A stretch of 64,000 bases of DNA, taken from sequence record MT446423.1; one strand, given 5' to 3'. Made by a program: the position numbers and the translations under genes. Shown here in pieces: positions 25,540-36,176 of the stretch. Origin of the DNA: Escherichia virus TH58. Numbering within the stretch: the stretch's first letter is position 1; every line of letters begins with the position of its first letter. The notes below the pieces were generated by a model that saw only the letters and a list, made by a program, of their open reading frames with translations, was not told the origin of the DNA and searched no databases.

Positions 25540-25693
25540 TCTTCAGAACGTAGTAGAGGCCGAACGTGAGCGTGAGGCTTTAGTCTATAATGAACTATTA
25601 GTTCCGTTCTTGGCCTTACACTCGTACGAACAAGAAGACTACATTGATTACGTTAAAAGCGTAGAAAAAGCCGTTTACAATCAACACCGATAA
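25529..25693 (+). CDS. hypothetical small protein
   Basis: ATG 25529 overlapping previous stop. Confidence 0.3.
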   Translation: MSHNLQNVVEAEREREALVYNELLVPFLALHSYEQEDYIDYVKSVEKAVYNQHR

Positions 25694-25736
25694 TGGTACT
25701 ATATCCATATCAACTAAGTGGAATGAATAAAACGTT

Positions 25737-26009
25737 ATGAATAAAGATATTGAAATCGTGCGTGAAATTATTACTATTGCTTCTATTTTGATTAAATTCT
25801 CTAGGGAAGATATTGTTGAAGACCGAGCAAGTTTCATCGGATTCTTGAATGAGATTGGAATTAAAAAAGATGGTCGGCAGCTAAATCAGAATTCGTTCAG
25901 AAAACTAATTACAAATTTAACTGCCGAAGAAAAGAAAACACTGATTAGTGAATTCAATGAAGGTTTTGAAAATATTTATCGTCATTTAGCGATGTATTCT
26001 AACAACTAA
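25737..26009 (+). CDS. asiA: anti-sigma70 factor AsiA
   Basis: 90 aa; MNK.I..VREIIT.ASILIKFSREDIVE.RA.FI.FLNEIG nearly colinear with T4 AsiA. Confidence 0.85.
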   Translation: MNKDIEIVREIITIASILIKFSREDIVEDRASFIGFLNEIGIKKDGRQLNQNSFRKLITNLTAEEKKTLISEFNEGFENIYRHLAMYSNN

Positions 26010-26669
26010 TTATTTAGCCCTTCCTAGTATTCGGACCGCTTGGTTGCATATAGCCGCTAAGCGATCCTCCTCAAGTATATTACTCCCCTTATACCAATAC
26101 ATCGTCACAGTTCCAGCATAGATGTTATCCAAATTAAAGTATGGGCAACTATACATATAAGAAAGTTCGGCAGTCTTAGATTTTGTAGGCAAAAATGCAA
26201 ATTCTGATTTAGATGAGAAATGACGGCCACTTAAATGAATTATATATTCATTAGCCGTTTTATCCACCGGGAATCCGCCAAGGGACTTTTCAGAAATTGT
26301 GCTAGGTAGTTTGCCTTCATAAGCTATAAGGTCGACGAAATAATTTAAGTTTTTAGGTCTGAAAGAATACACAGCACTAAAATCTGCACCAGATGAGATA
26401 TGAACTATTTGCAGTTGTTCTAGAGCCGCAGATTCAAAACGTAAAGCTCGTTCTTTTTGGATTACTTCAGTATAAGTATCATACTTAGCTCTTACATAAT
26501 AATCCAGCAAAATACTTCCTTTGTACCATATTAGTGCCATTAGGAACAAAAGAATAATTACCGCTACTCGGGATATTAAGACTTTCCCAGTAGCGTTATC
26601 TTTGAAAATACGATCTAGCAACCCAAATAGAATATCACTAGGCGAAAATGATACTTTTGGTGTTGCCAT
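26010..26669 (-). CDS. t: holin T
   Basis: 219 aa; near-colinear with T4 T holin. Confidence 0.9.
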   Translation of the reverse strand: MATPKVSFSPSDILFGLLDRIFKDNATGKVLISRVAVIILLFLMALIWYKGSILLDYYVRAKYDTYTEVIQKERALRFESAALEQLQIVHISSGADFSAVYSFRPKNLNYFVDLIAYEGKLPSTISEKSLGGFPVDKTANEYIIHLSGRHFSSKSEFAFLPTKSKTAELSYMYSCPYFNLDNIYAGTVTMYWYKGSNILEEDRLAAICNQAVRILGRAK

Positions 26670-26678
26670 AATACCTCC

Positions 26679-27230
26679 TCACTTAAAGATATTTATAATC
26701 GCTTTAATAATAGATTTGTTTTCAAGGTCAGGGAATTTAGGGAACTCGCCGCCAAGATGCTTGTGTTTTTCTAAAAGGGCAAAGAATTTTTTGAGCTCTT
26801 TAAATTTTTGTTTTTCTTCTCTATTAGCAACCTCAGCATCAATAAGAGAACTTAAAACACTGAATAATTTATAGAGTTCACGAATTTTCTTATCGCGTTG
26901 AACTGTGCGCTTATACACTTCATCTTCCTTCCATCCGTTGCCTGTCCAAAGGTCAAATTCACCCGGTTCTTCTGTGGTGACATTTTGAAGAGGGCCCAGA
27001 GTGTCAATAACAATTTTTTGCTTATCATAAGTCCATACTGTTTTTCCACGATGGTCTTCGATGTATTCCCAGTCCTTTTCACGTTCATTAAAAATAACAG
27101 CGTATCCATCTTTAGGTTCTAAAGGTGGTATTTCCGAGGAGTGTGCCGGTAATCCTAATCCCGGGATTACCGTATGGTCGGTTTCTTTATAAAATTCAAA
27201 TGTGTCATAATAATAGTGATAAATTTTCAT
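26679..27230 (-). CDS. 38: gp38 tail fibre assembly/receptor-recognition protein (T4-type, 183 aa)
   Basis: MKIYHYY.DT.EFYKE...GLGLPAHS...LEPK.GYAV matches T4 gp38. Confidence 0.85.
   Translation of the reverse strand: MKIYHYYYDTFEFYKETDHTVIPGLGLPAHSSEIPPLEPKDGYAVIFNEREKDWEYIEDHRGKTVWTYDKQKIVIDTLGPLQNVTTEEPGEFDLWTGNGWKEDEVYKRTVQRDKKIRELYKLFSVLSSLIDAEVANREEKQKFKELKKFFALLEKHKHLGGEFPKFPDLENKSIIKAIINIFK
26690..26697 (-). promoter_or_regulatory. late promoter for holin t
   Basis: TATAAATA on minus strand, followed by GAGGAGG RBS; lies just upstream of the gene 38 stop. Confidence 0.5.
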
Positions 27231-27256
27231 AATTAAAGGGGCTAACGCCCCTCTCC

Positions 27257-30200
27257 TTAGGCTAAGCGAACGATATAGTTAAAAGCAATGTTTTTAACAG
27301 TGTTTTCGGTGTTACCGGTGCTGTTAACAGTAATTGTATGGCCATGAGCAGCAATAGAAAACGTGTGAGTATGTGAACCTATAGCCACTGTATGGTTATG
27401 TGTACCGATATCAGTATAGTGACTATGTTCTGGAGCGACTGATGTAGTACCTGACCACGTGTGTGAGTGTAGACCATCCTCGTTAGTCCATGTCGTTGCT
27501 GTCTGACCGGAACTGGATGCTGCAAATCTACCGGACTGAACGTTAGCGTTGTTACCAAGTGAAGCAGTGTGTGCGTGCCTACCGTCAGTACTCGTTGTAC
27601 CGGATACTGTATGAGTATGTGCACCAGCGGTGTTAGTATGTTTACGGCCTAGATCTGTTGTACTAACAGTTTTAGTCCCTAAATCAGTAGCGCTTGTAGT
27701 ACCAGACAAAGCAGTAGTGGATGCAGAAGCAATATGGGTATGGGACTTAATACCATCAGCTTCAGCACTCAACACTGCGCGACCGCTCGGTTTACCCTTA
27801 ATAGTCTGCCCTCGCATATCAGGAATTACGCCACTAGGATACGCAACAGCTAGCTTTGGATATGCAGACTTATCAAAGGTCTGGCCTTCCATTAAAGCAA
27901 ATCCGGCTGGAACTGAATCACTCGGCCATGGAATCGGAGCACCGACCGGATAAGGTATCTGGGCATCAGAATACATCATATACACTTGTCCGAGTATATG
28001 GCCTGCAGGTAATTCTTCTACTGGTGTTTGGGCGCCGCTGTTAATCCCAACAACTGACACGGTGGAGTTGGCTGAGCACTCATATTCAACCACCAACGAG
28101 TTTGCATAGGCCCCAACATATACATAAACATCATACACATCACCGGAGGTATTCATGGTAGCAATATTAGTGAAACCCTTATCGGTACGAGACCATAAAG
28201 TAGCGTTAATGGCTTTAGGATTATTATTGCCTGTACGAAGAACAATTTCTGTAATAGTAGCTTGTTCCGGAGAATTGGCATTAAATCCACTACCACCCAT
28301 TACTTTAAAGCTTGCAGTCCCTACAGATTGTGGAATATTTACTGTAGCAAATTTATACCATCCAGCGCTTGCGCCTGCGGCACTCCAACCACCCGTATTA
28401 ACCTTACGGTCTAAAGTGGTGTTCAAGTTAGAAAAGTTACCAGTACCGCCAGTAATATTACCATCAGTTCCTAATTTAGTATTTCCTATTTTAAGAGGCT
28501 TAGTAATATCGACAGTATCAGAGTTTAATGCAATACCATGGGCGTAGGTGTAATTATGCATACGAACAATGTTTCCACCATCACCAATACCTACATACCA
28601 TTTTGTAACATCTGCTTTGCGTCCTTGGATGAAGTTAGAAGACTCTTGTGTTGGAGCATTTATTCTAATAGCATCGGCGGCAGTATTAACTGTTATACGC
28701 TGAGATGCTGTAGTACCTGATGTATCTACTTTAAACTTGCCCGCACCAATATCAACAACGTGATTCATAGAAACTGCGCCGGTGCCTAACTCAATACTAA
28801 ACGGGCGAAGGTTGTTTATTTCACCATTTTCCCCTTCATTTTCGTTAGTTGGGATAATATGTAATGATGTTTCTGAGCGTCGGAAAATGGCACCATAACG
28901 AGAGTTCCAAATTCTTAATGCATTGATGATGCCACCGATTTTAACTGGTCCATTTGCAGTTAAATTGTTGGTAAGTAAATTACCAAATGTCACAGTTTGA
29001 CCTTCACCGACGCCAAGGTTATTACGGGCAGCAGCTACAGAAGTCGCTCCAGTACCACCTAAATTAATCGGTTGAACACCAGATACAACTTCCTGCCATG
29101 CAGTCCACGATCCGCCTTGTCCGTAGCGAACATATACGCCTAAAGCATTACCGCTCTTTGTAGTAAAGGTCTGCTTACATGACCAGTCGCTATCGGAAAC
29201 TTTACGCAAAGACAGAACTTCGAGAACAAAGTTTCCATCAGAGGTAGGTTTGTTCAATATATTAGAACCACCACCAGAAGATGTACATTTATACAGCTTA
29301 CGAGTACCTAAATCTGAACGTCTAATAATCAGGCTATTAAGGTCAATAGTCTGGTCAGTAATATCAACTGCTTCTTCAACACCACGGTAAGTTTGCTTAA
29401 AAACTAAATCACCTTCTACTTCAAGACCGTTAGGTTTAATTAGAATATACTTACTAGGAGATGGAGTAACAACTGTAGGTTGATAACCAAATTGCACGTG
29501 TCCTTCAGGAGTAATTTTAAGCATTGCTACACCAGCGCCATCTCCAATTTTACGAGCAAGAGTTAATCTGCTATACTTATCAGATTCCTCTGAACCTAAA
29601 TCAACAAACGTTCCGTTGGTGTTTTCGACTTTTAAGTTAGCGTTAATAGTCAAGTTACCGGTCATGGTATCGCCGGTTTTACTTACTTTCTTATTATCAC
29701 CAGCAACAATGTCATTTTTAATAGAAGTCAAATAGTTGTTAAGGTTACCACCAAACAATGAACCTGACGTAATGTTACCGTCTTTGGTTAGCATCGCAGC
29801 CCCGCCGATTTTAACTGCTACAGGAACCTCAAATTGGCCATCAGAGCGGAAACTGTACTCGCCGGCAGAAACACCACCTGTGGTTTTTGCCCGAATACGT
29901 ACAGTGCCTAGGTCTGAGGTGTTTGGAGTAGCCCAAATCACACCACGTTCTATACCATTGTTATTTTCAAACCAAACATGTGTATTCGCATCGACATCTG
30001 GAGCACGAGCATAATAAGAACCAGACCGAGCATAATAAGTTGTTGCAATTATAGCGGCTCCAGAATTAATACCGCCCGTGGTATTAATACCAGCTAGAGT
30101 CTGAACATACGCACCATTTAATGTTAATTTACCGTTGATAGTCACATCACCATCGACTTGCCCACCTTTAGCGAAGCCAAGGTCGATAATTTGACCTGCA

Positions 30201-30328
30201 TCATCTTTAGTAAAAATTGTTCTATCTTTTAAGTTTATAGCCAATTCACCTTCGGCTAATACTGAAGCAGCAGGACGTGCACCTGCGGTTTTGCTTCTTT
30301 TAAATTGTATTTGTTTTAAAGTAGCCAT
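27257..30328 (-). CDS. 37: long tail fibre distal subunit gp37
   Basis: 1023 aa; size, order and His-x-His-rich C-terminal tip as in T4 gp37. Confidence 0.9.
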   Translation of the reverse strand: MATLKQIQFKRSKTAGARPAASVLAEGELAINLKDRTIFTKDDAGQIIDLGFAKGGQVDGDVTINGKLTLNGAYVQTLAGINTTGGINSGAAIIATTYYARSGSYYARAPDVDANTHVWFENNNGIERGVIWATPNTSDLGTVRIRAKTTGGVSAGEYSFRSDGQFEVPVAVKIGGAAMLTKDGNITSGSLFGGNLNNYLTSIKNDIVAGDNKKVSKTGDTMTGNLTINANLKVENTNGTFVDLGSEESDKYSRLTLARKIGDGAGVAMLKITPEGHVQFGYQPTVVTPSPSKYILIKPNGLEVEGDLVFKQTYRGVEEAVDITDQTIDLNSLIIRRSDLGTRKLYKCTSSGGGSNILNKPTSDGNFVLEVLSLRKVSDSDWSCKQTFTTKSGNALGVYVRYGQGGSWTAWQEVVSGVQPINLGGTGATSVAAARNNLGVGEGQTVTFGNLLTNNLTANGPVKIGGIINALRIWNSRYGAIFRRSETSLHIIPTNENEGENGEINNLRPFSIELGTGAVSMNHVVDIGAGKFKVDTSGTTASQRITVNTAADAIRINAPTQESSNFIQGRKADVTKWYVGIGDGGNIVRMHNYTYAHGIALNSDTVDITKPLKIGNTKLGTDGNITGGTGNFSNLNTTLDRKVNTGGWSAAGASAGWYKFATVNIPQSVGTASFKVMGGSGFNANSPEQATITEIVLRTGNNNPKAINATLWSRTDKGFTNIATMNTSGDVYDVYVYVGAYANSLVVEYECSANSTVSVVGINSGAQTPVEELPAGHILGQVYMMYSDAQIPYPVGAPIPWPSDSVPAGFALMEGQTFDKSAYPKLAVAYPSGVIPDMRGQTIKGKPSGRAVLSAEADGIKSHTHIASASTTALSGTTSATDLGTKTVSTTDLGRKHTNTAGAHTHTVSGTTSTDGRHAHTASLGNNANVQSGRFAASSSGQTATTWTNEDGLHSHTWSGTTSVAPEHSHYTDIGTHNHTVAIGSHTHTFSIAAHGHTITVNSTGNTENTVKNIAFNYIVRLA

Positions 30329-30336
30329 AAGTCCTC

Positions 30337-31002
30337 TTAATAATAGCCGAAATCTTGAACAGAATCCTTAATTACGATTTGGTCAAATCGTGGAACATGC
30401 GAAGGTTGAGATGCAGGATTCTGTGAGAAAAAGTTTGGCGCTGTTAAGTTACCTGTCATGGTATCACCTGACCGTAGCACCCTGGAATTTGCGTTATCTG
30501 TAACAATATTTATTCGTCCATCAACGTAATCTTTTCTTGTGAGATCATTCGCTGCTATAGGAGCAGTCGCATCACTTCTTACTTGACCAGCTGCCGACAC
30601 AACACCTTTTGTATTAATATCACCATTACGTGCATTAATTACAACAGTTCGGGCTGCTGAACCCTGTGATGATTTAAAACCAATGCCATTCCACGAAACA
30701 ATATCGATATTTGCTACAGCAAAAGTAGCATTATCACCGTTACCTGGATAAATACCACATGGGTTTGTATTGTTTACAGCATATGGTACTTGAACACCAG
30801 CATTAAATGTTACCTTTGATGCATAAGTACCGCCATTAGCTTTAGAAACGAAATCGTTATCAGCAGCTTGTGGTTTATTATATTCTGAATAAAGTTTAAA
30901 CGTTTTATACAGGACGTCATCACCTGCCGGCATTAAAGGGAAATTACCTTGATGCCATATAACGGCACCACCAGCTGTACTACCAGCTTTTAAATCGGCC
31001 AT
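30337..31002 (-). CDS. 36: long tail fibre small distal subunit gp36
   Basis: 221 aa as T4 gp36; position between 35 and 37. Confidence 0.85.
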   Translation of the reverse strand: MADLKAGSTAGGAVIWHQGNFPLMPAGDDVLYKTFKLYSEYNKPQAADNDFVSKANGGTYASKVTFNAGVQVPYAVNNTNPCGIYPGNGDNATFAVANIDIVSWNGIGFKSSQGSAARTVVINARNGDINTKGVVSAAGQVRSDATAPIAANDLTRKDYVDGRINIVTDNANSRVLRSGDTMTGNLTAPNFFSQNPASQPSHVPRFDQIVIKDSVQDFGYY

Positions 31003-31026
31003 AGTTGTCTCCTTATATGTATACCA

Positions 31027-31034
31027 TATTTATA
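31027..31034 (-). promoter_or_regulatory. late promoter for gene 36
   Basis: TATAAATA on minus strand between terminator hairpin and gp36 RBS. Confidence 0.55.
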
Positions 31035-31059
31035 CAAAAATGGGAGACCGAAGTCTCCC
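31035..31059 (-). terminator. rho-independent terminator after gene 35
   Basis: GGGAGAC-TTCG-GTCTCCC hairpin followed by T5 on minus strand. Confidence 0.55.
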
Positions 31060-31064
31060 TAAAT

Positions 31065-32192
31065 TTATTCTGATGCTTCTTTAAATTCTTGTCCAAATAC
31101 CTTACCAGTATCAGTTGAAGATTGAGTAGGTAATGTCATTATGTCTGGGGCACTTAAAGATTCTGAAACATAATTTACACGAATACCATTTATACCAAAC
31201 TCAGCAGGTTTTGAAACGCTTCCATTACCTGATACTTCAGTGAATATAATGTTTCTTAATCCGCCTTGTCCTATTGGAGCTGTACGATAACAATAAATCG
31301 TGAACCCGTCAGCACCAGCAGGAATTTCTATGTAGTCTTCATATATCTTCCATTCACCTGCGGCCCCATCAAAGTTTATATCCTTAAATGAAATAGGTGA
31401 AGTAGAAGGAGATTTAAAGAAACGAATAGAAAGACGTGTCGTTCCTTGTGCTAACAAATCAGCATCTGCCGTTAGTTGGAATTTCGTATAAAGGAAATTT
31501 CCGGGCTTCAATTTGTACCCAGCGAGAGGTGTAATAAGGGATGTTGTAGGCATCCTTTTAATTTCGTTATTAGTACCTCCAACAGCAGATAAAAATGTGT
31601 CTATCGATTCATACATACGTCTAGGGAAGCCAGTAGCACCAATATCATCAATCGTGTCATACACAACGTCAAGTGGTGTACTATAGTCAGTTGAAGTTTT
31701 CTTATTACTGTACTTAATATGTTCTAATGCTATAGCATTCTTACCGGAAATATAAAATGCTGAATAAGAAATGTCCACTATATTTAAAACTTGTTGTGCT
31801 AATGGAATAACAGAACTCCCGACTTTAGTAAACCATGCAAGAACTTCAGGAGGAAAGTTTGTTTTAGCATTAGTAACAAGGGCAAATATAAAATTAGAAG
31901 CATATGTGTCCATGTAAGTAACGAATGCACTCGACGTGGCGTCATTTACAGTAGAGAAATTATATGACTTAGATTCAACTACCGCACCTGTTGTAGGATT
32001 TATTACACGAACGTTTAATCCAACAGAAAAAACCTGAGACCCAAGTGGATTATCTTGGAACTTAATATAAGCAGGAGATGTTGATAGCGGGCAAGAGCCC
32101 GCTATGCTTAATTTAAATCGCACCGAATTGCTTTCCGATAAAAATGGCGTTTGGACATATCCTTGTCCAAACTTAGCCATAAATTTTTCCAT
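31065..32192 (-). CDS. 35: long tail fibre hinge connector gp35
   Basis: 375 aa; position between 34 and 36. Confidence 0.85.
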   Translation of the reverse strand: MEKFMAKFGQGYVQTPFLSESNSVRFKLSIAGSCPLSTSPAYIKFQDNPLGSQVFSVGLNVRVINPTTGAVVESKSYNFSTVNDATSSAFVTYMDTYASNFIFALVTNAKTNFPPEVLAWFTKVGSSVIPLAQQVLNIVDISYSAFYISGKNAIALEHIKYSNKKTSTDYSTPLDVVYDTIDDIGATGFPRRMYESIDTFLSAVGGTNNEIKRMPTTSLITPLAGYKLKPGNFLYTKFQLTADADLLAQGTTRLSIRFFKSPSTSPISFKDINFDGAAGEWKIYEDYIEIPAGADGFTIYCYRTAPIGQGGLRNIIFTEVSGNGSVSKPAEFGINGIRVNYVSESLSAPDIMTLPTQSSTDTGKVFGQEFKEASE

Positions 32193-32200
32193 AATACCTC

Positions 32201-35200
32201 TTATTCAATCCACTCGAATTTAACAGATTTATTCACAGGGTCTGGAATAATGCGGACATTACCAATTCGTAAGAAATCACGAATAGTAAGATTCCCCATT
32301 GTAGCATTATCAGACGGTAAAGCACCGATATCAGATGGTTGAGGAGGGTTACCTCCATCAAATACCTGAACAAAACTTGACCAAGAGTTTTTGGTTTTCT
32401 GCCATGTACGTGTCCAGCGAGTGGTACGCGCTTCTGGAGTTGTTGGATAAGTAATCCAATCTTGGTAAAGAGAATCAAGCGTATTACCAAACTGAGTCAA
32501 AGTACCAGGAGATTTAACTTCTTCGCCACGTTCTAAGTACGGAAGTCCAGTCACTTCATTAGTTTTTTCAACCATTTTAAAATAACCTGGGAACTGGTTA
32601 TAAGTGGCCGAATCATTAATGTCAATTGACCAGAATCCTACAGTATCAGATGTTGGCGCACGAGTATATAAATCAGATGTTTTAGTACCCTGAGAACGAA
32701 TTCTCGAGTTAACAGTCAAACCACCTGAATTTATAGTAGCACCTTTGGCAATGATTAAGCTTTCACCAATCGTAACCTGACCGGATTGATTATTAATTGA
32801 TAATGGACGTAATCCATTAAATCCACCGCTCTGATCACCTGCTGCAGTGAGCATAAAATAGGTGTCATTACCAGCATTACGAATAAAGAATCCGTAATTT
32901 CCGTTTATTGCTCTAAAAGCATTTGACGATTTACTGATAATTTCGCCGGTTGCAGTAACTGAACTACCGAATGTTGCAACGCCATTCGCATTCAATGAAC
33001 CCGAAGCATTTACATTTATCGGCATTACAGTACCATTGATATTAAACATTATATTTCCGGCTGTATTGCGCTGAGAATAAAAGTGATGAGATGTTTCATC
33101 ACCAACTTCAAATACAGTAGAACGCGTTGTATCTGGTCTGTCACTAAACTGATTTCCCCAAACTTTGATATCCATCGTCTGTGCTGGGTTAGTTCCAGTT
33201 TGAGGTCCTTTCTCAAAAATCAAACGAGATGCTGTTCCAGTTTTAGAAATAGTTAATGTATTTACCGTAACTGCCCCACCAAACGTAGCAGTACTAGATG
33301 ATACAAGAGGGGCACTCAGATTCGTTTGTTGGGTTAAGGTTAGTGAACCATTAACCGTCTGTGCAATGTCCCTACGAATGAACTGAGATGAATCTAGGCC
33401 ATCTAATAAATTTGCGTCAGCAGCTTTTGCTTTTAATGGCAAATAATTTGCTAATACACGGTTTAATTCATATGGTGATACCGCATAGCTATTTTTCTCA
33501 TATGATTCTAAAGGTTGTGTTGAACCAACTGTATCATCACCAACGAATGTAATAGAACCGGATGAAGTTTTAACGAATCCACGAATTGCCGTAGTAGCAG
33601 CCCATGTTGGTTCAGACTGGACAATCCATTTTAAATTCTTAGGCGATACAGCAGTATTAGCAGAAGTTCCTGTTACAGTTTCAGCCCGAGTAGCAACCTT
33701 AATTACGCCTTCAGACGTTTCAGTGGACTTAGTCCCTAAAAGCTTTTTAGGAGTAATAAGAACATCATCTAAAGTTCCTGCATTAGATTCTGCCTGAGTC
33801 GCTACGCGAAGTGTACCGCGTTGTGTTTCATTTGCTTTAGAAATATCAAGAGTATAATGGTTCCACAAGGTTCCTTCTTCAATAAGTCCGGAATCAGAAT
33901 TAACACTGGTACGGTCAGAAGAATCAAAATAAGTTTTAATTTTCAGTGGAGTCGAGATACGAGTATCATCAGTTCCAGTATCAAATTCAACTTGCGTAGC
34001 AATTTCGGCTATGCCGGATAATCCTTCCGTAGCTTTCCTACCATTTAATGTCTTAGGCGTTACTGCACGTGTATAATCAGTCCCAGCATTAGTTTCTGTT
34101 TGCGTAGCAATTTCAATTAAACCAATACGTCCATCAGTAGAAGTTTTCTTATGTAGTGTTTCAGGAGTTACTACAGCGTGAGAATAACCTGCTTGTGATT
34201 GTCCAGCAATAACTTCACTATCAACAGCTAAAATTACTGCACCTTGTTGAGCATAAGTTGCTTTATATTGGTCAAGGGCTTTAGGAGAAATAGTTAAATT
34301 ATTTACTGTTTTATTATAAACGTTAGTGCCTGCAGCCCCACGAGTTTCAGCAGGAGTAGCAGAAGTAGTCGATACATATTTAACTATACCCGATAGTGTT
34401 TCGGAACCCTGACGTGCCTGTAATTTCTTAGGCGTAATAATCGTTGTGTCATCAATACCAGCATCAGTTTCAGCCTGAGTAGCAATTTCAGCAAGACCAC
34501 GACGAGTTTCAGTTGCTGTACGCTCATTTAGTTTTTTAGGCGTAACAATAGTATCGTCCACAAATGATGCTATGGAATTCTGGTTAACTTGCGCTGTTGT
34601 AGCAATTTTGGCGATACCACGTCGAGCTTCAGTTGCTGTACGATTTGCCAACGTTTCAGGAGTAATAGCCACTTCTTTAGCTGGAGTATTCTCTAAATCA
34701 ACATTTGCTTGCGCTTGAGTAGCAAGAGCAATAACACCTAAACGAGCTCGTGTAGCATCAGATCCAGCATCAACGCGTTCTACCGTAGGGACATTCTGTT
34801 GCACAACCCAATAACGTGTACCAGCAACGGTGTCTTCGATATACGATAATTCTAATACAGGAACATATGAAGTAGTGCCATTGAATTCTAGTTCAGTAAC
34901 AGAGACCCATTGAGCATCAGGTGGATATTCAGAACGTTTAGGGAACTGAAGCAACGCAACAGAAGAAGCAATTGTATCACCTTCGGCAGCTTTAATTTTT
35001 ACTGTTTGGCCTTTACGCATGTAGTTCATTGAAATTTTAACGGTGTCACCACTCAAAATTCCGGTAGGCAGCGTAAGATTAATAGTTCCGGTTGCATCGT
35101 TATTTGTGCCAAAAATAAGAACTTCTTCATTTGGACGAATATTTGAATCCGCACGGATAATACGAAGACGCGATTTCTGGTCGCCTTCCCATATACGCCA

Positions 35201-36073
35201 TAAACTATTTGCAGCATCAAAAACAAAAAACGCGTCGGAGTCATTTCTGCCTTCGGCAATATGAGTCCCGACTTCACCAATAGACGTTGTATCATCAAAT
35301 GTTTTAACAATTGTATGATACAGTGGGTTTAATTTATCTAAATCGACTAGGCTGATTATATCGCCATTGTTAGCATTACGTGGAAGTGTAATGTTGATTG
35401 GTGCTGCACTAGTAAAACGACGAACGATAAAATCATTTGCTTGCGCTTGATATGGTGCTGCAGGTGTAACAGTGATTGATTCTTTACCATAATCAATGAT
35501 ATACATCTGCCACAAACGATTACTAAACACAAACACTAGTTGTGAACGTGGTCGCGTCATTAAAACTGAACGAACTTGTTCACCTCTAAAGTTTAAAATA
35601 CTCTGAACAGACGCGTTAATCTGTACTTTAACTGTCCCGGTTCTTCCACCAATATCAGCCAAAACAACAGTATCACCATCAACCGGTGTATTTGGCAATG
35701 TGAAAACCATATCATTGCCGGCACCAGTGTTAACCGAAATCGAATCACCTGAAGAAAGTTGATAAGTCCCAGAAGCGACAGTTATCCATTGTGCATCGGT
35801 ACGAACTGCACGCCATTGTAAAAGGTTAAATGCCCCGGAAGGAGACACGATATCATTTATTGCTTGATATAAACGGTTGTCATAAAGAACAACAAATCCT
35901 TTGTTATATCCACGCGTAGAATCATATACTTGAACGGTGTTTTCTTGTACCAGGAAGTCAACGTTTACGCCATCAGTACCTACTGTACGGTCGGCTAATG
36001 CTACGTTAACAATCTTGTCGCCACCGGCGTCCAGACCGTCTTCGGCTCTGAACTTACGTTTGATGTCGGCCAT
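32201..36073 (-). CDS. 34: long tail fibre proximal subunit gp34
   Basis: 1290 aa (T4 gp34 1289 aa); late promoter upstream. Confidence 0.9.
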   Translation of the reverse strand: MADIKRKFRAEDGLDAGGDKIVNVALADRTVGTDGVNVDFLVQENTVQVYDSTRGYNKGFVVLYDNRLYQAINDIVSPSGAFNLLQWRAVRTDAQWITVASGTYQLSSGDSISVNTGAGNDMVFTLPNTPVDGDTVVLADIGGRTGTVKVQINASVQSILNFRGEQVRSVLMTRPRSQLVFVFSNRLWQMYIIDYGKESITVTPAAPYQAQANDFIVRRFTSAAPINITLPRNANNGDIISLVDLDKLNPLYHTIVKTFDDTTSIGEVGTHIAEGRNDSDAFFVFDAANSLWRIWEGDQKSRLRIIRADSNIRPNEEVLIFGTNNDATGTINLTLPTGILSGDTVKISMNYMRKGQTVKIKAAEGDTIASSVALLQFPKRSEYPPDAQWVSVTELEFNGTTSYVPVLELSYIEDTVAGTRYWVVQQNVPTVERVDAGSDATRARLGVIALATQAQANVDLENTPAKEVAITPETLANRTATEARRGIAKIATTAQVNQNSIASFVDDTIVTPKKLNERTATETRRGLAEIATQAETDAGIDDTTIITPKKLQARQGSETLSGIVKYVSTTSATPAETRGAAGTNVYNKTVNNLTISPKALDQYKATYAQQGAVILAVDSEVIAGQSQAGYSHAVVTPETLHKKTSTDGRIGLIEIATQTETNAGTDYTRAVTPKTLNGRKATEGLSGIAEIATQVEFDTGTDDTRISTPLKIKTYFDSSDRTSVNSDSGLIEEGTLWNHYTLDISKANETQRGTLRVATQAESNAGTLDDVLITPKKLLGTKSTETSEGVIKVATRAETVTGTSANTAVSPKNLKWIVQSEPTWAATTAIRGFVKTSSGSITFVGDDTVGSTQPLESYEKNSYAVSPYELNRVLANYLPLKAKAADANLLDGLDSSQFIRRDIAQTVNGSLTLTQQTNLSAPLVSSSTATFGGAVTVNTLTISKTGTASRLIFEKGPQTGTNPAQTMDIKVWGNQFSDRPDTTRSTVFEVGDETSHHFYSQRNTAGNIMFNINGTVMPINVNASGSLNANGVATFGSSVTATGEIISKSSNAFRAINGNYGFFIRNAGNDTYFMLTAAGDQSGGFNGLRPLSINNQSGQVTIGESLIIAKGATINSGGLTVNSRIRSQGTKTSDLYTRAPTSDTVGFWSIDINDSATYNQFPGYFKMVEKTNEVTGLPYLERGEEVKSPGTLTQFGNTLDSLYQDWITYPTTPEARTTRWTRTWQKTKNSWSSFVQVFDGGNPPQPSDIGALPSDNATMGNLTIRDFLRIGNVRIIPDPVNKSVKFEWIE

Positions 36074-36103
36074 TCGTTTTTCCTTTATTGTTTCAATAAT
36101 ACT

Positions 36104-36111
36104 TATTTATA
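36104..36111 (-). promoter_or_regulatory. late promoter for gene 34
   Basis: TATAAATA on minus strand about 30 nt upstream of gp34 ATG. Confidence 0.55.
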
Positions 36112-36114
36112 CCA

Positions 36115-36144
36115 GTTTACGCTTTCAAATGAGTATGTTACTAT
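36115..36144 (+). promoter_or_regulatory. T4-type early promoter upstream of rnh
   Basis: GTTTAC, TACTAT, followed by palindrome TAGTCAAGTTGACTA. Confidence 0.5.
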
Positions 36145-36176
36145 AGTCAAGTTGACTAACTGAACAAGAGGTTCAT

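Noticed and set aside
27630-28720. Plus-strand ORFs (107, 62, 130 and 60 aa) inside the gp37 region
   Set aside because: Antisense to a well-supported 1023-aa tail fibre gene; Pro/Val/Leu-rich translations typical of the reverse frame of a Gly/Thr/Ser-rich gene.
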